Source: an uncultured delta proteobacterium (GTDB taxonomy: Bacteria > Desulfobacterota > Binatia > Binatales > Binataceae). From it: a stretch of 64,000 bases of DNA. The notes below the pieces were generated by a model that was given only the letters and a program-made list of their open reading frames with translations, was not told the origin of the DNA and did no database searches. The stretch spans positions 224,001 to 288,000 of the forward strand of contig CAWJET010000002.1 in NCBI GenBank assembly GCA_963842085.1. Direction: 5' to 3'. A program made the translations under genes and the position numbers. Shown here piece after piece: positions 8,163-18,990 of this stretch; the first letter of the stretch is position 1; every line of letters starts with the position of its first letter.

Positions 8163-10757
8163 TCATACCGCGCTGCTCATCTCGGCCCAGTTTGGACCGG
8201 ATTTCAGCTCCACCTTCAGCGGAATTTTGAGTTCGGCCACCCCCTCCATTTCGCGTTTTGCCAGCGCCGCCGCCTCTTGCCACTCCTCTTTCGGCGCTTC
8301 CAGTAGTAGCTCGTCATGCACCTGGAGAATCATCTGTGCGCCGAGCGGCCGCGCTCGTAGCGCCCTATCTAACCTTATCATAGCGAGCTTTATCAGGTCC
8401 GCCGCGGTGCCCTGAATGGGTGTATTGATTGCGATTCGCTCCGCCTGCGCCCGGGCCCCACCCGGCTGCGCGTTGAGTTCGGGCAGATAACGGCGCCGCC
8501 CGTACATCGTCGTCACGTAGCCCGTCGTACGCGCGATGCGTACCGTCTCGTCCAGCCATGCGCGCACGCCCGGCAGCCGCTCGAAGTAGCGCTTGATGTA
8601 GTCCGAGGCTTCCGTCAGCGCAATCCCGAGCTCGCCGGCCAGCCGCTGCGGGCCCATTCCGTAGATGATCCCGAAGTTTATCACCTTGGCCAGCCGCCGC
8701 GCCTCGGCATTGACCTTGTCCGGCGTGATTCCCAGCACCTCGGTCGCGGTCCGGATGTGAATGTCCTCGCCGGTCTTGAACGCATCGACCAGCGTCTTGT
8801 CGCCCGACAAATGAGCCAGCACGCGCAGATCGATCTGGGAATAGTCGGCGGACACGAAGATGCATCCCGGCTTTGGCACGAACGCCCGGCGAATCCGCCG
8901 TCCTTCGACGCTGCGGGTCGGGATGTTCTGCAGATTCGGATCGCTCGAGCTGACGCGCCCGGTCGGCACCAGCGCCTGATGCCAGGTTGTGTGGATGCGC
9001 CCGGTGCCCGAGCGGATCACCTCGGCCAACGCGTCGGCGTAAGTGGATTTCAATTTCGAAATGGTGCGGTACTCGATCAGCTTGCGCGGCAGTGGATGCA
9101 CCGCCGCGAGCTTTTCGAGCGTATCGGCATCGGTCGAAAATCCGCTCTTGGTTTTTTTCAGACCCTTGGCCGACAGCTTCAGGCCGGTGAACAGCACCTC
9201 GCGCAACTGCGTCGGCGAGTTGAGGTTGAACTCGTGGCCCGCCAACTCGTAACACTCGCGTTCCAGCCGATTCATCTGCTCGGCAAATTCCTTCGAGATG
9301 ACCTTGAGCGCGTCGCCGTCGATCCCGATTCCCACGGCTTCCATCGCGGCCAGGATCGGTGCGATGGGCATCTCGATCTCGTTGTACATCGAAGTGAGGC
9401 CATCGGCTTCCAGACGGGTCGCCAGAGCTTCGCGAAGATTTCTCACCAGGTCCGCGTTGGTACCCGGCGGACCGCTTGCGCCCAGCGGCGCCAGGTATTC
9501 GTGATACAGATCGGTCAGCGACGGCTCCCCTTGTCCCGAATTGATCAGAAAGCCCGCCAGCATCGTGTCGAAGTCGACGCCTGTGAGCGTGATTCCGTGC
9601 CGCGCGAACGCCGCGATTTGATTCTTCAGATCGTGGCACGACTTGGGCGGCCGCTCGGAGCTGAGTAGAGGCGCCGCGCTTGCAATCGCGTCGTGCTCGA
9701 CAACGATGGTTTGGTCGGCGCCGGCGAGCTGCAACGTGTCCCGGCCAGCGTCAGACGTGGTGAGATCGACTGCGATTCGAGTCGCGGTTGCAAAAGTCTT
9801 CAACGCCTCCGCGAGATCGTTTCCGCTGACGACGGGCGCGGGCTTAGCATCCGCCGCGAGGCCGGGCAGGTCCACCTGCGACGGCGAGATCTCGCGCAGG
9901 ATCGAATGGAACTCCAGCTCGCGCAGCAGTTCCGCGGCGGCGCGCTCGTCCACGCCCTGCCACGCGAATTCGTCGGGCTCGACTCTCAGCGGCACGTCGG
10001 TCTCGATGCGCACCAATTTTCGCGCCAGATCTGCGGCCGCGCGATGCTCGGCGAGCAGGCCCGCGACCTTCTTCGCGCCGCGAATCCCGGCTTCCTCGAT
10101 ATGATCGAGGTTCTCATAAATTCCTTTTACACTGCCGAACTTCTGAACCAGCGCCGCCGCCGTTTTCTCGCCGACACCCGGCACACCTTTGATGTTGTCG
10201 ATCGTGTCCCCCGTGAGCGCCTGGATATCGACCAGCGCGGCCGGCTCGACGCCGAAGCGCTCGCGCACCTCGCGCACCCCGATTCGCCGATCGCGCATCG
10301 TGTCCCACAGCGTGACGTGCGGGCCGACCAACTGCATGAAGTCCTTGTCCGCCGTAACGATCGTGACGATGAAATGTTCGTGCGCCGCGCGTTTGGCCAG
10401 CGTGCCGATCACGTCGTCGGCCTCGAATCCGTCGAGCATCAGCGACTTGATCCGAAACGCTTCGACCGCGCGATGGATATACGGAATCTGCACGATCAGA
10501 TCGTTGGGCGCCTCGGCGCGATTGGCCTTGTATTCGGCAAACAGGTCGTCGCGAAAAGTTTTCTTCGGCGAGTCGAAGACGATCGCGATATGCGATGGGC
10601 GCACGTCCTTCAGCAGCTTCAACAGCATCCGGATGAAGCCGTACACCGCGTGGGTCGGCAGCCCGCGCGACGTATTCATCGGCGGCAGCGCATGAAACGC
10701 GCGGAAGATGTACCCGGAGCCGTCGACGAGGATCAGTTGTTTGCGTTCTGCGGCCAT
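8163..10757 (-). CDS. polA: DNA polymerase I
   Basis: 5'-3' exonuclease LVDGSGYIFRAFHA and EADDVIGT; polymerase motifs PNLQNIP, DYSQIDLR, AKVINFGIIYG and QVHDELL. Confidence 0.98.
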   Translation of the reverse strand: MAAERKQLILVDGSGYIFRAFHALPPMNTSRGLPTHAVYGFIRMLLKLLKDVRPSHIAIVFDSPKKTFRDDLFAEYKANRAEAPNDLIVQIPYIHRAVEAFRIKSLMLDGFEADDVIGTLAKRAAHEHFIVTIVTADKDFMQLVGPHVTLWDTMRDRRIGVREVRERFGVEPAALVDIQALTGDTIDNIKGVPGVGEKTAAALVQKFGSVKGIYENLDHIEEAGIRGAKKVAGLLAEHRAAADLARKLVRIETDVPLRVEPDEFAWQGVDERAAAELLRELEFHSILREISPSQVDLPGLAADAKPAPVVSGNDLAEALKTFATATRIAVDLTTSDAGRDTLQLAGADQTIVVEHDAIASAAPLLSSERPPKSCHDLKNQIAAFARHGITLTGVDFDTMLAGFLINSGQGEPSLTDLYHEYLAPLGASGPPGTNADLVRNLREALATRLEADGLTSMYNEIEMPIAPILAAMEAVGIGIDGDALKVISKEFAEQMNRLERECYELAGHEFNLNSPTQLREVLFTGLKLSAKGLKKTKSGFSTDADTLEKLAAVHPLPRKLIEYRTISKLKSTYADALAEVIRSGTGRIHTTWHQALVPTGRVSSSDPNLQNIPTRSVEGRRIRRAFVPKPGCIFVSADYSQIDLRVLAHLSGDKTLVDAFKTGEDIHIRTATEVLGITPDKVNAEARRLAKVINFGIIYGMGPQRLAGELGIALTEASDYIKRYFERLPGVRAWLDETVRIARTTGYVTTMYGRRRYLPELNAQPGGARAQAERIAINTPIQGTAADLIKLAMIRLDRALRARPLGAQMILQVHDELLLEAPKEEWQEAAALAKREMEGVAELKIPLKVELKSGPNWAEMSSAV

Positions 10758-10972
10758 CAGTCGAAGCTATCCGATACGGTTCTCAAAGCGAAAGCACCGA
10801 GAAAGCAAACCGAAAAACATGCCCGATGTCCGGCCGTCGTATTGACAGCATCCCCTGGCGTGTTTAATTAGTCGGTTGCTCTTTGATTGATCGAATTGCC
10901 GGGCAGGTCACTTCGTCAATTGAAACTGAACCCGCCATGCCATCTTGGTGCCTCTGGAATCGGACGGTGTGA

Positions 10973-11740
<768 letters not shown>

Positions 11741-11758
11741 GATACCCGTACCGCTCGA

Positions 11759-12532
11759 ATGAAGAATTCTCTGACAATCGCGGGCAAGGAGCTTGCGGGC
11801 TATTTTCTGCAGCCGGTCGCCTACGTCGTGATGACGGTGTTCCTGCTGCTGGGCGGCTTCTTCTTCTTTGCGCTGCTGCGCTATTTCGATGTGATGCTGA
11901 CCGCCTATGCCGCGATGCAGAATCCCGAGGTCTTGCAGCACCTCAATCTCAACCAGCGGGTAATCGAACCGATGCTGCACAACCTGGCGATTGTGCTCGT
12001 CATCCTGGTGCCGGCGATCACGATGCGAAGCTTTGCCGAGGAGAAGCGCACCGGCACCTACGAACTTCTGCTGACCGCACCCATCCGGACCGGCGAGATC
12101 GTCGCGGGAAAGTTTATCGCGGCCGCGGCTTTCGTGCTGATCATGATCGGCCTGGCCGGCATGTTTCCGTTGATCCTCGTGGCCTTCGGCAACCCGGAGG
12201 TCGGCGTGATGTTCTCCGGCTACCTCGGGCTGGCGTTCGTGGCGGTCTCGTTCGTTTCGATAGGATTATTCACCAGCTCGCTGACCCAGAATCAAATCAT
12301 CGCGGCGATCAGTTGCTTCGGCCTGCTGCTGCTGCTGTTCGTCATCTCGTGGCCGGCGCAGGCCGGCGGGACGTCGCTGGTGGGCCTGATGCGCTATTTA
12401 TCGCTGCCGGATCATTTCGCCCAGATGGTCACCGGCATCATCGATACGCGCGACATCGTTTATTTCCTGAGTCTCATTTTCGTGGCGCTGTTTCTGACCC
12501 AACGCTCGGTCGAGTCGGCGCGCTGGCGGTGA
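11759..12532 (+). CDS. ABC-2 permease (GldF-like)
   Basis: KEL..YF..PVAY, PAITMRSFAEEKRTGTYELLLT and six TM segments. Confidence 0.9.
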   Translation: MKNSLTIAGKELAGYFLQPVAYVVMTVFLLLGGFFFFALLRYFDVMLTAYAAMQNPEVLQHLNLNQRVIEPMLHNLAIVLVILVPAITMRSFAEEKRTGTYELLLTAPIRTGEIVAGKFIAAAAFVLIMIGLAGMFPLILVAFGNPEVGVMFSGYLGLAFVAVSFVSIGLFTSSLTQNQIIAAISCFGLLLLLFVISWPAQAGGTSLVGLMRYLSLPDHFAQMVTGIIDTRDIVYFLSLIFVALFLTQRSVESARWR

Positions 12533-12545
12533 GGTAGAGGGGCGG

Positions 12546-14108
12546 ATGCGGCGATCGGCGACGCTTTACGGACTTCTCGGCCTGGTCCTGCTGTCATTCG
12601 GGCTGGTTGACTATTTCATCTCGAGCGGCTTTCGGCTGTTCGTGTGGGTCAACCTGGCCGGCGGCATCTTCGCGATTGTCCTGTGGATCACGTCGAGCCG
12701 CTCCGAACTTTCCTTGATCGCGAGCGGACGCTCGGCGCGCTACGGCGCCAACGCCGCCATCTACTCGGTTGGATTCGTCGGGCTACTGGTCGCGATTAAC
12801 TATATCTCGACGCTGCACCATACGCGGCTGGACCTGACGGCCGAGAAAGTCTACAGCCTGTCGAGCCAGTCGGTGAAGGTGGTCAAGGGACTGCAGAAGC
12901 CGCTCAAGTTGTACGGCTTCTTCCAGGGCGGCGATAATCCCGCCGCGCGCGAGCTCTACGACACTTACGCCTACTACTCGCCCAAGCTCACTTACGAGAT
13001 GGTCGATCCCGACAAGCATCCCGAGCTTGCCGAGCGTTTCAAGGTCTCGGTGATGGGCACCACGCATCTGCAGTACGGCGGCGACAACGGTGAAGGCATC
13101 AACGTCACCGAGCTGGGCGAGGAAGCGCTGACCAACGCGATCATTCGCGTGACCAAAAGCAGCAAGAAGGTGATCGAGTTCCTCGACGGGCACGGCGAGG
13201 CCGATCCCGACGATGCCGAAAACCCGACCGGCTACGGCATCATCAAGAAGGACTTGGAAGGCGAGGGCTACGAGGTGCGCAAGCTCGAGCTCGCGCAACT
13301 GCCCAAGGTGCCCGATGACGCGAACCTGGTCGTGATCGCGGGACCGATCAAGCCGCTCGGCCAGCACGAGATCGACGCGTTGAACGACTACCTCAAGCAT
13401 GGCGGGCGCATGATCGCGATGTACCGGCCGCAGCGCCCCGACAATCCAATCGACGAAGACGCGATGGTGAAGCTGGCGGCCGACTGGGGGGTCAAGGTCG
13501 GCAACGATATCGTGGTCGACCAGGTGGTGCGGCTGTTCGAAGGTCCCGCGCTCGGGCTCAATCCTATAGTGCAGACTTACGGCGAGAGTCCGATCACCAA
13601 GGATTTCAAGCAGCGCACAGTATTCCCGATGACGCGATCGCTCAGCGCCGAACCCAATCTGAAAGCGGGACTGGCGGTCACGCCGGTGGCGAAGACCAGC
13701 GATACGTCGTGGGCGGAGGTCGATCTCGACACGCTGTTCCGGCAGCAGAAGGCCGAGCTGACCGCCAAGGACACCCGCGGGCCGATCACGGTGGTGATGG
13801 CGGTGGACGGCAACCTCGAGCAACTCGGCTGGGGCAAGGGCGACGCGCGGATCGTGGTGTACGGCAGCACCGAGTTTGCCGACAATCAGTACGCGAGCAC
13901 GTTTTTCAACCGCGACTTTTTCGTCAACAGCGCAGACTGGCTGACCGGCGAGGAAAATTCGATCTCGATCAGGCCGCGGTCGCTGCGGGCGTCGCGCTTT
14001 CGCCTGACCGAGGGGCAGTTCTCGATCGTATTTGCGTTCTCGGTGCTGCTGCTGCCGGAGATGCTGCTGATTGCGGGGATCGTTGTGTGGTGGGAACGGC
14101 GCAACTGA
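12546..14108 (+). CDS. GldG-family ABC transporter auxiliary protein
   Basis: RLDLT..KVYSLS, DPDKHP, FLDGHGE and N.DFFVNSADWL motifs, with a C-terminal TM followed by WWERR. Confidence 0.9.
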   Translation: MRRSATLYGLLGLVLLSFGLVDYFISSGFRLFVWVNLAGGIFAIVLWITSSRSELSLIASGRSARYGANAAIYSVGFVGLLVAINYISTLHHTRLDLTAEKVYSLSSQSVKVVKGLQKPLKLYGFFQGGDNPAARELYDTYAYYSPKLTYEMVDPDKHPELAERFKVSVMGTTHLQYGGDNGEGINVTELGEEALTNAIIRVTKSSKKVIEFLDGHGEADPDDAENPTGYGIIKKDLEGEGYEVRKLELAQLPKVPDDANLVVIAGPIKPLGQHEIDALNDYLKHGGRMIAMYRPQRPDNPIDEDAMVKLAADWGVKVGNDIVVDQVVRLFEGPALGLNPIVQTYGESPITKDFKQRTVFPMTRSLSAEPNLKAGLAVTPVAKTSDTSWAEVDLDTLFRQQKAELTAKDTRGPITVVMAVDGNLEQLGWGKGDARIVVYGSTEFADNQYASTFFNRDFFVNSADWLTGEENSISIRPRSLRASRFRLTEGQFSIVFAFSVLLLPEMLLIAGIVVWWERRN

Positions 14109-14137
14109 GGCGTCGCGCGACTGCGACTTGAGCTCCG

Positions 14138-15565
14138 ATGCGGCTGCGTAACACCATTATCGTTCTGGTCCTGTTCGCGATCGTGGGCGGCTACGCCTTT
14201 ATCGTCGGCCGTTATTCCGAGCCGGAGGCGAAGCAGAAGCTGATCGACGTCAAGCAGGACGACATCGCGAAAATCGAACTCCGCTATTCCGACCGCGACA
14301 TCGTGCTCGAGCGCGACAAGAGCAAGCCGTGGCGGCTGGTCAAGCCTATCGGCGCCGACGCCGACCAGACGCAAGCCAACAACCTCGCGCGCGCGATTGC
14401 CGACGGCGTGATGGTCCGCACGGTGGATGGGAAGCCGGCCGATCTGGCGCCATTCGGGCTCAAGACGCCGACCACCACCGTCACGGTCACGACCTTCGAC
14501 AAGAAAACATTGCCCTCGATCGAAGTTGGGAAATCGACGCCGATCGGGTTCAACGCATACGTCCGGCTCAGCAACAGTCCGGCGGTGCTGCTGACCGAAG
14601 GCGTGTTCTCGGCCGGGATGAACAAGACGGTCAACGACCTGCGCGCGCGCGACCTGATGGCATTCAAGATCGACGACGTCAAAAAGCTGATCATCGCCCG
14701 CGAGAACGGGCAGACGATGGAAATCGATCGCGACGGCGACAATTGGAAAATGGTCAAGCCCGGCCCGTACCTGGCCGACGACACGGCGGTGCGGTCGGCG
14801 TTGAGCACGCTGGTCAACGCAAGGGCGACCGACTTCGTGTCGGACGCGCCCAGCAGCGTCGCGCAATACGGGCTCGAGAAGCCGCATCTGACGGCGACGG
14901 TGGTGCTCAACAACGGCGGGCAGCAATCGATGCTGTTCGGCTTCAAGCAGAACGGGGAGGGCAAGAGCGGAATTTACGTGCGCCGCGGAGAGCGCGCGCC
15001 GGTTTACGCCGTGGCCGAATACGTGATGACCAGCCTGGACAAGTCGCCGCTGGATTTTCGCGACAAGACGATCGTGAAGGTCGAGCCGGAGTCGGTCGAG
15101 ACGGTCAAGGTCAAAACCAGCGAGGGCGAGTTCACGCTCAAGCGCGCTCCGGTCGGCAAATGGGACGTGGTAGTTGACGGCAAGACGTCGGCGGGGGATG
15201 TGCTGGTGGTCGAGCGGCTGCTCCAGCAGTTCCGCGATCTCAAAGGCAACTCGATAGTCGCCGATCCGATGCCAAGCGCTCAGCCGTTCGGGCTGGACAA
15301 TCCGGCGGTCGAAATTACCCTGACCGGCAAGGACGGCAAGGAGCTGGGCGCGGTCAAGCTCGGCAAGATCAGCATCAAGGAGACGACCCCGCCGATCCCC
15401 GGCGAGCCGGCGGGACCGCGGACGGAGTACTATGCGGCGTCAGGCGCGGGCAAAGCGGTGTACTCGATGAGCGATTTCAGTTTCGCGCAATTGAACCGGC
15501 CCGCGCTGCTGTACATGGCAAAGCCGCCCGCCGCGGCGCCGTCGTCGTCGTCGCCAGCGAAGTAG
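14138..15565 (+). CDS. DUF4340 domain-containing protein
   Basis: N-terminal anchor and three internal repeats each containing (F/Y)GL..P; usual partner of GldAFG-like clusters. Confidence 0.85.
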   Translation: MRLRNTIIVLVLFAIVGGYAFIVGRYSEPEAKQKLIDVKQDDIAKIELRYSDRDIVLERDKSKPWRLVKPIGADADQTQANNLARAIADGVMVRTVDGKPADLAPFGLKTPTTTVTVTTFDKKTLPSIEVGKSTPIGFNAYVRLSNSPAVLLTEGVFSAGMNKTVNDLRARDLMAFKIDDVKKLIIARENGQTMEIDRDGDNWKMVKPGPYLADDTAVRSALSTLVNARATDFVSDAPSSVAQYGLEKPHLTATVVLNNGGQQSMLFGFKQNGEGKSGIYVRRGERAPVYAVAEYVMTSLDKSPLDFRDKTIVKVEPESVETVKVKTSEGEFTLKRAPVGKWDVVVDGKTSAGDVLVVERLLQQFRDLKGNSIVADPMPSAQPFGLDNPAVEITLTGKDGKELGAVKLGKISIKETTPPIPGEPAGPRTEYYAASGAGKAVYSMSDFSFAQLNRPALLYMAKPPAAAPSSSSPAK

Positions 15566-15571
15566 CGGGTG

Positions 15572-15964
15572 TCAGGTTTCGGCGATTACGTGGGCGATTG
15601 CCTGGGCGGCGGTATGGGTGATGCTCAGGTGAAAGCGCGTGATCTGTTTGCGCTGCGCGAAGGCGGCGGCCTTGCCCGATAGCGCGATGGTCGGCGCTTT
15701 GCCGCGCTCGCGCACGACCTCTATCTCGCTCCATCCGACGTTGCGGTTCCATCCCGTGCCGAGCGCTTTCATGGTCGCTTCCTTGGCGGCGAAGCGCGCG
15801 GCGTAGCTCTGGTAGCGGGGACGGCCGCGCGACTCGCAGTACTTGACCTCGCCCGCGGTGAAGACGCGTGCGCGGAAACGATTGCCGGTTAAGGGCCGCG
15901 TGAGGGCGCGCTCGATGCGCTCGACCTCGATGACGTCGATCCCGGTGCCTGCGATCTGGCCCAT
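15572..15964 (-). CDS. acpS: Holo-[acyl-carrier-protein] synthase
   Basis: GTGIDVIEVERI, AARFAAKEA..KALGTG and LSITH motifs. Confidence 0.95.
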   Translation of the reverse strand: MGQIAGTGIDVIEVERIERALTRPLTGNRFRARVFTAGEVKYCESRGRPRYQSYAARFAAKEATMKALGTGWNRNVGWSEIEVVRERGKAPTIALSGKAAAFAQRKQITRFHLSITHTAAQAIAHVIAET

Positions 15965-16084
15965 CGCGAATGAGTATTAGCCGCGGTGCGAGCGGATTCA
16001 ATTGCGCGCGCAATACAGAGCGATTGAATGCTTGCGGGGCGCAGAGTGCGGATTCTATTCTTCATCAGCGGAACGGAGGTAGCG

Positions 16085-16315
16085 ATGGCGAAGCTTTCGA
16101 TCACAGTGAACAAGACGCGATGCATCGGCAGCGGCGACTGCGTGGAGACAGCGCCTGCCGTGTTTCAACTCGGCGCAGACGGCAAGTCCGAGGTCGTCAA
16201 CGCGTCGGGGGCCGGCGACTCGATAATTGTCTCGGCGGCGCGTTCGTGTCCGGTCAAGGCGATCACGGTGGTTGACGAAGCCGGGGTGCAGCTCTTTCCG
16301 CCGCCGAAGAAGTAG
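16085..16315 (+). CDS. Ferredoxin, probably [3Fe-4S] type
   Basis: CIGSGDC...CPVKAI (CxxSxxC...CP); GGAGG RBS before ATG 16085. Confidence 0.9.
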   Translation: MAKLSITVNKTRCIGSGDCVETAPAVFQLGADGKSEVVNASGAGDSIIVSAARSCPVKAITVVDEAGVQLFPPPKK

Positions 16316-16330
16316 CGCGCAGATTGCGCC

Positions 16331-16822
16331 ATGACGATACGCAGGCATCGCGCGGGCGAACTCGTAATCGAGCAGACACGCGACCTCGCGCGGGTGCGCA
16401 AGCTGCTTGCGCGGGCCGGGATGATGACGGCGGGAATCGAATGGCCGGCCGCCTGTTACATCGTCGCGTACGTCGGCGACGAGGCAGTCGGAATGATAGG
16501 AGTCGAGTCGAAGATCGACGCGGCGTTGATACGCTCGCTGTACGTGGATGAATCCATGCGCCGGCGCGGAATCGGCGGCGCGTTGGTCGCGGCGGCGCGC
16601 AAGGCTGCGCATACGCGCGGCGCGCGGCATCTGTACTTGTTCAGCACCGACGCGGGTGAGTTCTTCGCGCGGCACGGTTTCACGGCGGTCGCGGTTGTCG
16701 ATGTTATCGCGGCAATTCCGGGTGTGCCTCAGGTCGAATACTATCGCGCGCGGCCCGAGGAGCTTGCGCGCGAGGCCGCGTACCATCTGGATATCTCGGG
16801 CGATGGAGTGATCGAGAGGTAA
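16331..16822 (+). CDS. GNAT-family N-acetyltransferase (ArsN2/ArgA-like)
   Basis: IRSLYVDESMRRRGIGGALV acetyl-CoA motif; LYLFST.A.EFFARHGF. Confidence 0.85.
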   Translation: MTIRRHRAGELVIEQTRDLARVRKLLARAGMMTAGIEWPAACYIVAYVGDEAVGMIGVESKIDAALIRSLYVDESMRRRGIGGALVAAARKAAHTRGARHLYLFSTDAGEFFARHGFTAVAVVDVIAAIPGVPQVEYYRARPEELAREAAYHLDISGDGVIER

Positions 16823-16878
16823 CTTAACTTGCGTCGAGGGAGGTGAACAGTCGAGTTTTGGGTGGATGCGCGGCAGAA

Positions 16879-16916
16879 CCCTCACCTAACCTCTCCCGTG
16901 AAGTAACGGGCGAGGG
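16879..16916. repeat. REP-like element (CCCTCACC...CCTCTCCC...GGGCGAGGG family)
   Basis: CCCTCACCTAACCTCTCCCGTGAAGTAACGGGCGAGGG at the junction of convergent genes; related copies at 49368-49400 and about 62091-62120. Confidence 0.6.
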
Positions 16917-17623
16917 ACCGGGTCGTAGCGGCCGAGGTATTTGCCCGTCGCGGTTGTCACTATCAGATAGGGACTTGAAGCCAGCAGTTTCGCGGCGAGA
17001 CGCGGGGTCATGTCGGGGCGGATGGTTTGTGGAGCGCGCTTCATGGCATCGAGCGCGCGCGGTGCGGCGTCGGATTGTTCGATCGCGCCGAGCAGGACTC
17101 CTTCGGAATTGAGCACGACGGCGCGCGGGGCTGGTGAATCGGGAGAAGCCGGCGAAACGGAGTCTTCGGGGCCGAGGCGGACGAGGTCGTCGCGCATGAA
17201 CTCAGCAACACGGACGCGGTCGGAGTAGCGAATCCAGAAAGAGCGGAGACCGGGCACGAGATTGTTGACGAAATAGGGAAGCGCGCGTATCCGCTCCGAG
17301 AGCGGCGCGGGCGGATCGGTAGGCAATCCGCGGACAAGCCAATCGGCTTTGCCGCAGAAGTAGTGAAGAACGTAGGTGAAGCCCAGTATCTCGAGCTGCG
17401 CCGCAGCTCGCGCGCTAAGGTCTCACAGGGAGTCGCGGCAATAGACGACGACCGGGCGCTTGCGGTCGAGCGAAGCAGGTGCGTCGCGGATAATGTGGCG
17501 CAGTGGAATGTGAATAGCGCCGCTGATGTGAGCGGTATCGTACTCATGCGACGGAAGAACGTCGACGATTTGCGCGCCGAACGAGCGCATCTGGGCGAGT
17601 TCGCGATGGCGAATCTCGCGCAC
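16886..17623 (-). CDS. Rhodanese-domain + CBS-like protein with in-frame UGA at codon 67 (probable selenocysteine)
   Basis: ORFs 17423..17623 and 16886..17326 are one frame broken only by TGA at 17423-17425. Read-through gives a continuous rhodanese: DVLP..EY..AHISGAIHIPL...VVVYCRDSL*DLSARAAAQLEILGF..V.HYFCGKADWLVRGLP, then a degenerate CBS pair. 245 aa in total. Confidence 0.85.
17392..17410 (-). promoter_or_regulatory. Candidate bacterial SECIS hairpin
   Basis: mRNA: UGA-GACCUUAGCGCG-CGAGCUGC-GGC-GCAGCUCG. Perfect 8-bp stem starting 12 nt after the UGA, with a G-first apical loop. Confidence 0.65.
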
Positions 17624-17625
17624 GA

Positions 17626-18990
17626 CTACGCGCGCATCGCAGCCAGCGCGGAGAGGGCGGTGTCGACGATCGTCTCACCGCTGCCGGCGGCGATTCGCGC
17701 GGTATCGACTTCGTAACCGCCCTCGGCATACGCGGCGCGGGTGGGAATGTAGCCGATCAGATCGTTGCAGTAGCCGGCGACAAAGGTCTGCGCGAAGTAC
17801 GGGTTTGCCCTTAGCGCGAGGCCCAGCTCGACGAAGAGCTCACCGGGGATGCCGACGATCGCGAGATCGCCAAGCGCGAGGATGGTCATCGCGGTGGCAA
17901 GTTCGCGGCGCGCAATATCGACGCGGCGGTCGCGGCGATTTTGCTCCTCGAGGGCTTCCAGAGCGCTCAACGCCGAGAGCGATTGCGCGTGATGGTCGCG
18001 CAGGCGCTTCAACTGGTTGCCGTCGCCGCCGCGATGATTGTCGAGCGAGGCCTGGGTCTGGGCGGCGCAATCACGCGCGACGGCGAGGTCGGCGCTGAAG
18101 TCTTTGAGTTTGAGGTTGAGCGCGATCCTGCGCGCGGCGATGCGAGCGCCGGCAATCGAAGGCGCGCGCGAGAGCGCGTCGAACGCCGCGCGGCCCATCG
18201 CGCGGCCGTGTTGCTCGGCGACTGCGAAGTTGCCGCGGCTGCGCGGATCGATGTTGCCGGTCGCGCCCTGGATGAAAATCGAAATTGGGCGCGGGCCGTT
18301 TGCGGAGGCGGTCGCGCTTTCTATTTCGTCCATCGCGAAGCCGGGCCAGTCGCGCGAGTAGTGCAGATTGTCTTCGCACAGCACGACGCCGTGGCATGGG
18401 TAGTTCATCAGGAATGCGAGGGGAATTCCGTCCGAGCGATAGGCGCCGAGGGCCTGGACTTCAGTATCGGCCGGACCGGAGCGATTTGCGGCAAGCTGAA
18501 TTTGACGCTGCGGACGCATCAGGCGGCGATTGATTCCGAGCGTGAACGGGGCGCTGGCGGCGCGGAGGATCGCAGGCTCGAGATTTTCGTTGGCCTGAAT
18601 AATGGCCGAGGCGATCTTTCCGGGCAGCGCCCGTTCCCATTCGAGGTCGCGGCCGTCCGCGGGTTTCGCGTCGGCGCGCGGAGTCGCGAAGATGTTGAAG
18701 GCGGGGGCGGAATGAGTGTGAGTAGCGCAAACGAGGATCGAATCGGCGGGGATTCCGGTGATTGCGGCGGCGCGCTCGCGAATGTCGTCGGCGATGCGAA
18801 CCCCGAGCGCGAGAAGATCAACACCGACGATGGCGACCCTGGTGGCGCCGTCGTGGAGCACGAGGGCTTGCGCGGCGAGGTCGTCGTGCACGCCCTGGTT
18901 GCGGCCGATGCGGCTGCCGTAACCGAGCATCGCAAGGCCGGCGGGCGGATCGAGTTTTACGCGCGCAGCGCCGGCGTGGAAGGAGCTCAT
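17626..18990 (-). CDS. Neutral/alkaline ceramidase N-terminal-domain-like metallohydrolase
   Basis: GY..R...NQGVHDDLAA.AL, CATHTHSAP, NYPCH, QGATGNIDP, PGELFVELG, GYIPT..AY..GGYE. ATG at 18990 overlaps the upstream stop (ATGA). Confidence 0.85.
   Translation of the reverse strand: MSSFHAGAARVKLDPPAGLAMLGYGSRIGRNQGVHDDLAAQALVLHDGATRVAIVGVDLLALGVRIADDIRERAAAITGIPADSILVCATHTHSAPAFNIFATPRADAKPADGRDLEWERALPGKIASAIIQANENLEPAILRAASAPFTLGINRRLMRPQRQIQLAANRSGPADTEVQALGAYRSDGIPLAFLMNYPCHGVVLCEDNLHYSRDWPGFAMDEIESATASANGPRPISIFIQGATGNIDPRSRGNFAVAEQHGRAMGRAAFDALSRAPSIAGARIAARRIALNLKLKDFSADLAVARDCAAQTQASLDNHRGGDGNQLKRLRDHHAQSLSALSALEALEEQNRRDRRVDIARRELATAMTILALGDLAIVGIPGELFVELGLALRANPYFAQTFVAGYCNDLIGYIPTRAAYAEGGYEVDTARIAAGSGETIVDTALSALAAMRA

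Noticed and set aside
8365-10871. Long alternative-frame and antisense ORFs over polA (similarly over fdsA, pcrA and others)
   Set aside because: Expected shadow ORFs in high-GC DNA; Arg/Ala-rich with no recognisable motifs.
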